DNA from: Acaryochloris marina S15
GTDB taxonomy: Bacteria > Cyanobacteriota > Cyanobacteriia > Thermosynechococcales > Thermosynechococcaceae
Reading direction: 5' to 3'
Length of the DNA: 32,000 bases
Assembly: GCF_018336915.1 (NCBI RefSeq)
Contig: NZ_CP064923.1
Location: forward strand, 2,430,001-2,462,000
Made by a program: the position numbers and the translations under genes. Positions within the stretch are counted from its first letter, which is position 1, and each line of letters begins with the position of its first letter. Below, in pieces: positions 1 to 7,984 of the stretch. The notes beneath the pieces were generated by a model that saw only the letters and a program-made list of their open reading frames with translations, had not been told where the DNA came from and searched no databases.

Positions 1-1
1 C

Positions 2-640
2 AAAGAAGCCGTTGCCCTCCAAGGTCGAGAAGAGCGTCGCCATGCCCGTTTATTACAGCATCTGATTGAGCGGTATGACATTGAAGTGTCGCCTTTACCT
101 GAAATCACCGTTCCCGAACAGATGGAAACGGCATTCACTGATTTTGGTTTTGGGGAATGTCTGGATTCCTACTTTGCCTTTGGCATGTTTGATTTAGCCC
201 GCCAAGCCCAGTACATGCCGGAGAGCATGTTCAAAATTTTCGATCCGATTTTGGATGAAGAAGCCCGCCATATTGTTTTCTTCGTGAATTGGGTGACCTA
301 TCTGCAGATCCAACAGGGCTGGAACCTAGAAGAACTACGCAGTATGAGAGCGTTCTGGCACTATGGCAAGGCCTTGAAAACTTTAATTCAAGCCTTTGGC
401 AGCAATGGGAATCAGCAGGAAGGGAAACCTTTTACCGCCTCTGAAGCAGGACATTTTATGGACGATTTGACGGCCAATCAGTTCTTTAAGACCTGCTTGG
501 ATGCCAACCACCAACGCATGGAACGGTTTGATGAGCAATTGCTTCAGCCTCTATTGATGCCTCGGTTATCCAAACTGGCCTTGACCTGTCTGCGTCTATG
601 GCCCAGCCGCAATCCAGTCCCATCGTTACAGGGAGGCTAA
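2..640 (+). CDS. ferritin-like / di-iron-carboxylate-type protein, 5' end truncated by the window edge
   Basis: The reading frame is open from base 2; the track's start at 86 is only an internal GTG. There are two ExxH motifs (EERRH at the very start of the window, and DEEARHIVFF). The protein looks helical and soluble. It lies 30 nt upstream of the next same-strand gene. The exact family was not recognised. Confidence 0.55.
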   Translation, partial: KEAVALQGREERRHARLLQHLIERYDIEVSPLPEITVPEQMETAFTDFGFGECLDSYFAFGMFDLARQAQYMPESMFKIFDPILDEEARHIVFFVNWVTYLQIQQGWNLEELRSMRAFWHYGKALKTLIQAFGSNGNQQEGKPFTASEAGHFMDDLTANQFFKTCLDANHQRMERFDEQLLQPLLMPRLSKLALTCLRLWPSRNPVPSLQGG

Positions 641-670
641 GATGCCAAATGAGATTAGGGTAGGGTTGCC

Positions 671-1546
671 ATGACATCCCCACGATATGTAATTGTCAAT
701 GGCGATGACTTTGGGTTTTCCCACGGGGTCAATGAAGGTATTATTCAGGCCCATACCGAAGGCATTCTCACCAGTACCAGCTTGATGGTGACGGGGGAGG
801 CAGTTGAAGAAGCGGTTGACCTGGCCAAACAGCATCCGAGTCTGGGGGTGGGTCTCCATGTCGTTTTGGGCTGTGGCAAAGCCGCCCTGCCGCCTGATCA
901 AATTCCTCATCTAGTGGATGAGCAGGGGCGGTTTCCAGATAATCCGGCCCAGGCAGGTTGGCGATACTACTTCAATCAGGCCGCTCGGCAAGAGCTGTAT
1001 CAAGAAATTGAGGCCCAACTGCAGCATTTCCTCGCCACAGGCTTGCCCCTATCCCATGTGGATGGGCATTTGCACCATCATGCTAATCCCGCAGTCCTGG
1101 ACGTCTTGATGGCTTTGGCACCGAAATATAACATCCCCATTATCCGGCTTCCCCATGAGGAGTTGACCTATACCTTGAAAGCAGATTCCCAGGGCTGGCT
1201 AGGGAAGGGACTGGGCTGGTCCGTGTTTCGGCTGCTGCGCCATCATGGGGAGCAGGTGCTGACCGCCCAAGGGATACGGTATGCTGAGCGGGTCTACGGG
1301 CTATTGCAATCCGGTTCAGTGACAGAGTCCTATCTGTTGGGGTTAATTCCCCAAATTCAGGCCAATGTCATAGAGCTATATGCCCATCCTGCGATCCCAT
1401 ATCCCCACGAACCGATCAATGGGCCTGAAGGAGCGGGAGAGCGGGAGCTGGCGGCGTTGCTGAGTCAGTCTGTGAAAGCCCAGCTTCAATCTAGTGGATT
1501 TCAATTAACCAATTATCCTGAACTCATCGCTTCAGCTGCATTTTGA
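671..1546 (+). CDS. YdjC/ChbG/HpnK-family carbohydrate deacetylase
   Basis: N-terminal VIVNGDDFGFSHGVNEGI, then TSTSLMV, GLHV and HVDGHLHHH, which are typical YdjC-family metal-binding and catalytic motifs. The length (291 aa) fits the family. ATG start at 671. Confidence 0.85.
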   Translation: MTSPRYVIVNGDDFGFSHGVNEGIIQAHTEGILTSTSLMVTGEAVEEAVDLAKQHPSLGVGLHVVLGCGKAALPPDQIPHLVDEQGRFPDNPAQAGWRYYFNQAARQELYQEIEAQLQHFLATGLPLSHVDGHLHHHANPAVLDVLMALAPKYNIPIIRLPHEELTYTLKADSQGWLGKGLGWSVFRLLRHHGEQVLTAQGIRYAERVYGLLQSGSVTESYLLGLIPQIQANVIELYAHPAIPYPHEPINGPEGAGERELAALLSQSVKAQLQSSGFQLTNYPELIASAAF

Positions 1547-2376
1547 TCAATTTCCTACTTATTGTCTTCCTCATCTCCACTCAAGTGCTCGGTGATATTT
1601 GGCTGAGTCGGGGAATGAAAGTATTTGGTGAGATCACGTCTTACCATCCCGAGGCATTAGGGCAGCTAGTCGGCTATTTATTCACCAGCCCTTGGATTGG
1701 GATGGGGGTCGTCACCCTCACCATCTCTATGCTCATTTATCTCGTTTCCCTCACCCGACTAGATATGAGCTTCGTGCTGCCCATGCACGCTTTTAGCTAT
1801 GTTCTCAATGCCCTCATGGCTTGGCTGATCTTAAAGGAGCCGGTCTCTTTGGCCCGTTGGTTAGCGGCGATTTTTATCTCCTTGGGGGTGTTTATTGTGG
1901 GCTGGAGTAAGCGCATTGACGATCGCAAGGCTCAGTCACCGCAAGAATCCGATCCCAATATAAAATCCTCCTTGCTGCTGCTGCTTCCCTTGAGTTTCTC
2001 CTTACCTAAGATGTGGCTGGGAGTATTGGTGTTGGTGTTGGCCGACTGTACTGCGGATATCTTGGTGGCCCGTGGTGTCAAGAAAATTGGCACATTTTCA
2101 GCCCGCTCTCTGACATCAATTTTGCGATGGTTGAAGAGTGTATTTATGAATCCAGGGGTACTGATCGGGGTTGCGAGCTATACCGTGTCGTTTCTGATGT
2201 TTATTTCGCTCCTGAGTTGGGCGGATATTAGCTTGGTTCGCCCTGCCACGGGTTTAGGCTACATTATCAATCTCTGTGGTGCCCACTTTATTCTTAAGGA
2301 GCATATTTCTCCGGGACGGTTAGCTGGCATTATTGTCATTGGTTGGGGTGTGGGCATAATCTCTTTAACGGGTTAG
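1543..2376 (+). CDS. DMT/EamA-like integral membrane protein with two homologous 4-TM halves (possible flippase or transporter)
   Basis: The TTG start overlaps the upstream TGA stop (TTGA at 1543-1546). About 8 hydrophobic helices. The two halves align with each other (RGxKxxG ... P ... D.S.V.P ... Y..N ... LKE..S..R ... GV). Confidence 0.7.
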   Translation: MINFLLIVFLISTQVLGDIWLSRGMKVFGEITSYHPEALGQLVGYLFTSPWIGMGVVTLTISMLIYLVSLTRLDMSFVLPMHAFSYVLNALMAWLILKEPVSLARWLAAIFISLGVFIVGWSKRIDDRKAQSPQESDPNIKSSLLLLLPLSFSLPKMWLGVLVLVLADCTADILVARGVKKIGTFSARSLTSILRWLKSVFMNPGVLIGVASYTVSFLMFISLLSWADISLVRPATGLGYIINLCGAHFILKEHISPGRLAGIIVIGWGVGIISLTG

Positions 2377-2399
2377 GCCCCTGTTTCCATGTTGGGTGT

Positions 2400-3551
2400 A
2401 TGACTGCTTATCTTCCTTGGCTGATCTTTCCGTTTTGCTGTACGGCGGTATTGTATTACTGCTATGCCATCTATGCGACGGTCGATTTTTTTCGGCAATC
2501 CCAACCTTTTGATCCTGATTTCCACCCTGCCGTTACCATCCTCAAACCCCTGTGCGGTGTGGATGTGAATACCTATGAGAATTTAGCGTCCTTCTGTCAG
2601 CAGGATTACTCCGAATATCAAGTTATTTTTAGCGTGCGGGAGGCCACGGATCCGAGTTTGCCGATTGTGGAGCAGCTGATTCAGGCTTTCCCTGGTGTGG
2701 ATATTGAGTTAGTGGTTTGCGATCGCACTATTGGTACCAACCTCAAAGTCAGCAACCTTGCCAATGCTGTGGAACAGGCCAAGCATGACGTGATTGTGCT
2801 GGCAGACTGCGACATTCTGGTCCAATCTGATTATTTACAACACATTGTCCAACCCTTGGCAAACCCCCAGGTGGGCGTAGTGACGTGTCTCTATAATTCT
2901 TGGGCCAAAGGGTGGCTAGCCGGATTTGAAGCCTTGGGGATTGCTACCCGCAACCATGCCAATGTACTCGCAGCCCATAAGTTGGAAGGTATGCATTTTG
3001 CCTTTGGCTCGACCATTGTGATTCGTCACGCTGCCTTGGCCAAAATTGGAGGTTTTGCGGCATTAGCAGATCACCTGGCTGATGATTTCCACATGGGGAA
3101 TTTACCCACTCAAGTAGGCTATCAAGTTGTTTTGTCCCCCTATATCGTGGAGCATCAACTGGCGACCACGAATCTATCTGAGTTCTTTCATCGTCAAGCC
3201 CGCTGGGCTAGGTGCATTCGGGTAGAACGATTTTGGGGCTATGTGGGATTACTGTTTACCTTTGGCACCACAAGCGGAGTCTTTTTTCTGTTGGCGACTC
3301 AAGGGTCAATTTTGGGGTGGTCAGTTCTGGTAATCATGCTAGCGAGCCGCTGGCTAATGGCTTGGGTGATTGCGATTTACTATTTCCATGACCGGGTGGC
3401 TCAGAGATTATGGTGGCTGGTTCCCCTGCGGGATTTAGTCAATTTTGCTATTTGGGGGTATGGAATGGTAGGGACAACGGTGGAATGGCGTGGATATCGA
3501 TATAAGCTCCGCAAAAATGGCAAGCTTTCCCAAATTATCCCATCTGGATAG
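2400..3551 (+). CDS. membrane glycosyltransferase, GT2/GT21 ceramide-glucosyltransferase/HpnI-like
   Basis: N-terminal TM helix, then TILKPLCGVD, VLADCDILV (DxD-type) and HRQARWARC (QxxRW-like), followed by C-terminal TM helices. I prefer the ATG at 2400 (MTAYLPW...) to the track's upstream start at 2343, which would overlap the preceding gene. Confidence 0.85.
   Translation: MTAYLPWLIFPFCCTAVLYYCYAIYATVDFFRQSQPFDPDFHPAVTILKPLCGVDVNTYENLASFCQQDYSEYQVIFSVREATDPSLPIVEQLIQAFPGVDIELVVCDRTIGTNLKVSNLANAVEQAKHDVIVLADCDILVQSDYLQHIVQPLANPQVGVVTCLYNSWAKGWLAGFEALGIATRNHANVLAAHKLEGMHFAFGSTIVIRHAALAKIGGFAALADHLADDFHMGNLPTQVGYQVVLSPYIVEHQLATTNLSEFFHRQARWARCIRVERFWGYVGLLFTFGTTSGVFFLLATQGSILGWSVLVIMLASRWLMAWVIAIYYFHDRVAQRLWWLVPLRDLVNFAIWGYGMVGTTVEWRGYRYKLRKNGKLSQIIPSG
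2719..2726. repeat. HIP1 octamer GCGATCGC
   Basis: Exact match read in the sequence. Confidence 0.9.
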
Positions 3552-3590
3552 TCTTCTTCTTGATCACCTTGCAACTCAACGATAAAACGT

Positions 3591-3631
3591 GCCCCTGCTA
3601 GCCATCAAAACTAGCAGGGGCTTTAATTTTT
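3591..3631 (+). terminator. intrinsic (rho-independent) terminator, possibly bidirectional
   Basis: Perfect 11-bp stem (GCCCCTGCTAG at 3591-3601 pairs with CTAGCAGGGGC at 3611-3621), a 9-nt loop, then TTTAATTTTT. It sits 40 nt after the GT stop codon. The opposite strand also has a short T-run after the stem. Confidence 0.7.
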
Positions 3632-3669
3632 GGGTGATCAATCAGCGCTTTTACACGTATTGGAAAGCA

Positions 3670-3810
3670 TCAATCCGGGCGGGTGACCTGAATATTTGAT
3701 TGACTAGGATATTGGGCGTTTTGATTAGAATTAAAGACGTTAAAGACTAAAACAACGCAATAAGCAAAAATTAGAGTTAATTCGATGGTTACTAGTTTCC
3801 AGATCTGCAT
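3670..3810 (-). CDS. hypothetical small hydrophobic peptide (46 aa, one predicted TM)
   Basis: Internal ATG of the 83-aa track ORF (MQIWKLVTIELTLIFAYCVVLVFNVF...). It is preceded on the coding strand by a purine-rich TTAGGGGGGAAT, which is unusual in this AT-rich stretch. I recognise no homology, so it may not be expressed. Confidence 0.25.
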   Translation of the reverse strand: MQIWKLVTIELTLIFAYCVVLVFNVFNSNQNAQYPSQSNIQVTRPD

Positions 3811-4632
3811 ATTCCCCCCTAAGATAGACAAGGTTTGACAAGATTTATCTAGGATAACGCAAATAAAAAAAATAATGATTACTAAATTCTTAAAAAAGAA
3901 ATAGTGTATCAGTTGATGCAATTTTTATTATTCTGAAAACAATGACTGCTATAGCTTTTGTTTATTTATCAGAAGTATAAAGACGTTGCACCATTAGTCT
4001 TTTTTGAAAGAATAAAATCTATTTTAATTGTTATTTAGCCTAGAAAAAAACAGTGACGAAAAAAGATGCTTCTAGTAAATGGTGTGGATATTAGCGCTTC
4101 AGTGAACTTTATCTATAATTGTTTTAATTTTATTGAATATATTAGTATTTACTCTGAATTGATTAGGAAGAGTGTTCCCCTCTTTGGCAGAGATGTATCA
4201 CAAGCCTGACTTGGCTCTAGAAATGAGCATTGTAGTGATCACCCTAGAATCCCCTGAGACACTAGCTTTGATACTTTACAGTCTAGAAAATACAAGATAT
4301 GAAGTTCCATGCCAGTGTGAGTTAAAACCCCTGAAAGGCTGATTTTGTAGAGGAATCCAATTTTTTAGTGATAGAAGAGGTTCTTAGCTTTGCCAGACTA
4401 TGGTCGTATAGAGCCCAATATAGAGAGGCTACATACCATTCTCCAGAAGAGATCAACCTTATGTAAGAAATGAATTTATGCTGCGTTTTAAAGGGAGAAT
4501 GATTGAGATATAGCAGCTACGAACTAGAAAATCTTTGGAATCGAGGATTTAAGCTAATTTAGAGCTATTCACTTGCCTGTTTGATGCTGGGTACTTTAAA
4601 TTCTGATATTGGGATGATGAGCTGAGATGATC

Positions 4633-4884
4633 TCAAAGGATTGAAGAGAAATGAGAAATCATCATTATTGGCAGGTAAGAAGATTGAGCCGAGATGGATT
4701 CTCCACCTGTTATATACCCCATGCAGCCATCCATCAGTAAATAAACTGCTACGAGGCCTACTGCAGACACAGCCACAAGTACCCCGGCAAAAATGAGAGA
4801 CTTCTCACTAGAGTGGTGAGCCATCTTCATTAATTGCAAGGACCACATCACAAGTCCAATAGCACCGACAAGCAGAATAATCAT
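4633..4884 (-). CDS. hypothetical small membrane protein (83 aa, 2 predicted TM)
   Basis: Two clear hydrophobic helices (IILLVGAIGLVMWSLQLM and LIFAGVLVAVSAVGLVAVYLLM). It lies 72 nt downstream of hisF on the same strand with no intervening hairpin. No recognisable family. Confidence 0.45.
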   Translation of the reverse strand: MIILLVGAIGLVMWSLQLMKMAHHSSEKSLIFAGVLVAVSAVGLVAVYLLMDGCMGYITGGESISAQSSYLPIMMISHFSSIL

Positions 4885-4956
4885 AACTTTACTTATTTTA
4901 ATAAAATTAAAGACTAATCCACCACAAAAATGCAGGATTACAGGTTGATTTAAGAA

Positions 4957-5724
4957 TCAGCTTTGGCGAATGGGAATTTGGTGATCCTGCAAATGCGCTT
5001 TTATTTCAGCAATTGAGAGTTGTCCATAATGAAGCAGTGATGCTAGTAAAGCCGCTTCAGCCTTACCGTCTGTTAAGGCTTCTCGAATGTGTTCGCAGGT
5101 GCCAGCCCCACCAGAAGCAATCACTGGAATCTCGACTTGCTCGGCAATGGTACGAGTTAATTCCAGGTCATATCCGGCTTGGGTGCCATCACCATCCATG
5201 CTGGTGACTAAGAGTTCCCCTGCACCCCGTTCTTCCATTTCTTTAGCCCAGGCGATCGCATCTAACCCTGTGTTGTCGCGACCTCCACGAACAAAGACGT
5301 CCCAGCCGGCATTGCCGTCGGTGCGCCGGCGGGCGTCTATGGCTATGACAATACATTGGCGACCAAACCGTTCGCTTGCTTGATTAACAAAGTCGGGATT
5401 GCGGACAGCGAAGGAATTGAGGCTGACTTTATCTGCTCCTGCCCGTAACAGTTTTTTAATGGTTTCTAAGGATTGGATTCCACCTCCTACGGTTAGGGGG
5501 ATAAATACTGCTTCAGCGGTACGGTACACCACGTCAAAGATAATGCTGCGATCTTCATGGGTGGCGGTGATGTCTAGAAACACTAACTCATCGGCCCCAG
5601 CCTCGTTATAGATTTGGGCGAGTTCAACAGGGTCTCCAGCATCCTTCAGGTTGACGAAGTTCACCCCTTTGACGACTCGTCCAGCTTTAACGTCTAAACA
5701 AGGCAAAATTCGCTTGGCTAGCAT
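4957..5724 (-). CDS. hisF: imidazole glycerol phosphate synthase, cyclase subunit
   Basis: Classic HisF sequence: [55 protein letters not shown]. 255 aa. Confidence 0.97.
   Translation of the reverse strand: MLAKRILPCLDVKAGRVVKGVNFVNLKDAGDPVELAQIYNEAGADELVFLDITATHEDRSIIFDVVYRTAEAVFIPLTVGGGIQSLETIKKLLRAGADKVSLNSFAVRNPDFVNQASERFGRQCIVIAIDARRRTDGNAGWDVFVRGGRDNTGLDAIAWAKEMEERGAGELLVTSMDGDGTQAGYDLELTRTIAEQVEIPVIASGGAGTCEHIREALTDGKAEAALLASLLHYGQLSIAEIKAHLQDHQIPIRQS
5252..5259. repeat. HIP1 octamer GCGATCGC
   Basis: Exact match read in the sequence. Confidence 0.9.
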
Positions 5725-5799
5725 GGTGCTTACTCTTTCAATTGGATATGACAGGAATGTTCTATGGGCTTGGACTTCTAAGCCAAGTATTATCCTAAG

Positions 5800-7818
5800 C
5801 TACTGAGTCATATTTGTTGATTCGAGTGATTCCACAGGCCAGAGATGCCAATGCACTGACCCCTTTTGGGGCCAGTTTTGGAATGGACCTGGAAATCGAG
5901 GGGAATTGTTGATGGGAGTTCCCCAAAAGTCTTGACTAGGAAGGGGCAAGGTGGGGATGGCTAACTGGGGAAACACGGCAGGATCGGCTACATCTAAATT
6001 GGGCGTTGATACACCTAATGTGATGGCGCCCTGGGCAATGGCACCATTAACTACTTCACCCCCCTGAATCAAAGGCGCAATGCTATTTGTGTCATTTCCT
6101 GTGAGCTGCTGCCACCAAGGTAAAGGTAAAGCGAGGGTCTGGCTCCACTGGTCAAAATTGGGCTGCTCTGCCTTGGGTAGTTGGCCTGTTTCAAAAGCTT
6201 TTTTTAACGTAGCGACGATGCGTTCTCGTTTTACAAATTTAGAACGGTGGTTCCACACAAATTGTTGAGGTGCTTGGCCTGCCCACTGCCAAAGAGTGCC
6301 ATTAATTAGCAAATTGTAGTCAGATTTGTTATCAATTTCGGGTTCCATGGGGTACGGCAGGCTCATATGGCCGCGATAGTTATCAACAAGAACATTGCCG
6401 TAAATCCGTTGCCCCCTTGTACCCGCTTGTTCAGGGGTGCCATCTGCTTTGGCGTATCGACGGTCGGTAACGGTTCGCATATATATGCCAAAGTGAGTGT
6501 TGGCCTGTAACCAGTTGTGGGCAAGAGTGACGCCGCTGGCATCGTGGGTGTAGATGCCTTCTCCTAATTTTGTAAATGCAACTACGTTGTTATCAACCAA
6601 GATGGGGCCGCCTCCCAATTCCACGAATATGCCAGCCCCTTGATTACCCAACACGAGATTGCGACTGACACGGGCATTTCGATAGACGTTATCGACCCAA
6701 ATGCCAAAACACTCATTGTTGCGCAGGACATTGCCAATAATTTGACCATCCACAAATCCGTGAACTTTGATGCCCCCTGTTTCTGGAGCTGTAAAACCTA
6801 AGCGATTGTTGCGTTCAATCACGTTGTAGGCAATTAAGGATTCTGTTTGTTTCCAGCCCGCGATCCCCCCTGCGCCGTTGTCCGTAACCCGATTATTTCG
6901 AATAACGTGATACCCCACGCCCTCTGGGATCGGTTGCTCTAAACCATCGATGTCATAGCGTCCTTCGCTACCACTATCAATCCCCAGGCTTTTGGCAAAG
7001 CGAACCGTGTTGTTTTCAATGAGCCAATGGTGTCCGGAGCGGGTGCTCAAAATTCCTGCTTGAGGAGATTGACTACGCCAAAACCCGCTGGGAAAGGGGT
7101 TAGCCCCATGCTCCATAACAAATCCCTTGACATGGATATAGCCTAGTCCACGAATTTTGGGGGCAAAGACGGCTCGACGGGTGCTGACTTCTAAAAAAGG
7201 AGGCTTTGATACGGGATAAGCCTGGTCTAGGTGAACCCTAAGCCAACGTTTTTGAGGATCGAAATACCAAGCTCCAGGTTGGGCAGTCAGGGTTTTCTGA
7301 TCTAGAACTTGGCGTAGGGGCAGACTTTGGCAAAAAACTTGACCGCGTAAATACCCCTCTGGCATCCGCTCAAGTTGCTTTGTGAATGGATCCGGGTCTG
7401 GAAATAGTTGCTTGGGCAAGGGGCCTTCCCAATAAGCAGATGAGGTCGTTGAGGCATCGGCTGATACCGGGGTTGCTGACCAAACCTCTGACCCTCGGAG
7501 GACGACGGTTTCTCCTGGTACAGCTTCATAGACAATCGGTTGATCCGGGTTTCCGCTTCGAGGAGGAATGACACGCTCTCGGTAAATCCCGGCATGGACC
7601 AGGATGGTGTCACCGGGCTGAGCCTGTTGTGCTGCGGCATTGATGGTTCGAAAGGGCTTATTTTCTGTTCCAGGGTTGCGATCTGAGGCAGAGGACTGTT
7701 GCTGGGCAACGACAAGCGGATGATTCGATTCTGCTCGAAGGGTCCATGGGCTGAGTCCCCAAAGACAGATTGCCAGGAGGAAGGACAGCAAAATCAACGG
7801 AAGTTTGTTGTAGCGCAT
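5800..7818 (-). CDS. secreted right-handed parallel beta-helix (PbH1) repeat protein
   Basis: N-terminal signal peptide (MRYNKLPLILLSFLLAICLWGLSPWTLRA). The central region has about 8 consecutive N-x-V/I-x-x-N type coils with the period typical of pectate-lyase/NosD-like beta-helices (IENNTVRF, IRNNRVTDNGAGGI, IAYNVIERNN, GNVLRNNECFGIWV, SRNLVLGNQGAGIFV, DNNVVAF, AHNWLQAN, YGNVLVDN). Confidence 0.85.
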   Translation of the reverse strand: MRYNKLPLILLSFLLAICLWGLSPWTLRAESNHPLVVAQQQSSASDRNPGTENKPFRTINAAAQQAQPGDTILVHAGIYRERVIPPRSGNPDQPIVYEAVPGETVVLRGSEVWSATPVSADASTTSSAYWEGPLPKQLFPDPDPFTKQLERMPEGYLRGQVFCQSLPLRQVLDQKTLTAQPGAWYFDPQKRWLRVHLDQAYPVSKPPFLEVSTRRAVFAPKIRGLGYIHVKGFVMEHGANPFPSGFWRSQSPQAGILSTRSGHHWLIENNTVRFAKSLGIDSGSEGRYDIDGLEQPIPEGVGYHVIRNNRVTDNGAGGIAGWKQTESLIAYNVIERNNRLGFTAPETGGIKVHGFVDGQIIGNVLRNNECFGIWVDNVYRNARVSRNLVLGNQGAGIFVELGGGPILVDNNVVAFTKLGEGIYTHDASGVTLAHNWLQANTHFGIYMRTVTDRRYAKADGTPEQAGTRGQRIYGNVLVDNYRGHMSLPYPMEPEIDNKSDYNLLINGTLWQWAGQAPQQFVWNHRSKFVKRERIVATLKKAFETGQLPKAEQPNFDQWSQTLALPLPWWQQLTGNDTNSIAPLIQGGEVVNGAIAQGAITLGVSTPNLDVADPAVFPQLAIPTLPLPSQDFWGTPINNSPRFPGPFQNWPQKGSVHWHLWPVESLESTNMTQ

Positions 7819-7974
7819 AGTTCAAGGGTGAATGACTAAACCGATATGCCTCCTTCGATCCTATGCAAAAAAGAGGGTATTGAGTTTGCTATTTGGCTGA
7901 GGAAAGCCGTTCAACAAGACTTGCAACACTTGTTGGAATCGCAAAATAATAAAATGTGAGTGAAATTGAATTTT

Positions 7975-7982
7975 GCGATCGC
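7975..7982. repeat. HIP1 octamer GCGATCGC
   Basis: Exact match read in the sequence, 3 nt upstream of the gloB ATG. Confidence 0.9.
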
Positions 7983-7984
7983 AT

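Noticed and set aside
3835-3840. Consensus -35-like TTGACA on the + strand inside the AT-rich stretch. Other TTGACA/TTGCAA hexamers occur upstream of gloB (~7919) and on the minus strand of the 10121-10265 spacer (~10212).
   Set aside because: None is followed by a convincing -10 hexamer at 16-18 nt spacing, so I make no promoter calls.
3670-3921. Full-length 83-aa version of the minus-strand ORF in the AT-rich stretch.
   Set aside because: The N-terminal 37 codons (MHQLIHYFFFKNLVIIIFFI...) look like an AT-rich translation artefact. Only the shorter 46-aa version from the internal ATG, which has a purine-rich upstream element, is listed, and that at low confidence.
4066-4342. Two tandem + strand mini-ORFs (47 aa at 4066-4209 and 39 aa at 4223-4342, 13 nt apart), which could be taken for a tiny toxin-antitoxin-like pair.
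   Set aside because: There is no Shine-Dalgarno-like sequence, no recognisable motif or hydrophobic segment, and the sizes are within chance expectation. I cannot support them as genes without expression or conservation data.
4039-4530. Apparent enrichment of CTAG / CTAGAAA (about 10 CTAG within ~1 kb, four of them as CTAGAAA).
   Set aside because: The copies have no consistent spacing or extended shared flanks. The excess over the expectation for this base composition is modest and was judged by eye only.
7302-7715. 137-aa same-strand, alternate-frame ORF inside the beta-helix gene.
   Set aside because: It has no recognisable motifs and an Ser/Pro-rich composition. The main frame carries the signal peptide and repeat architecture continuously through this region, so there is no sign of a frameshift.
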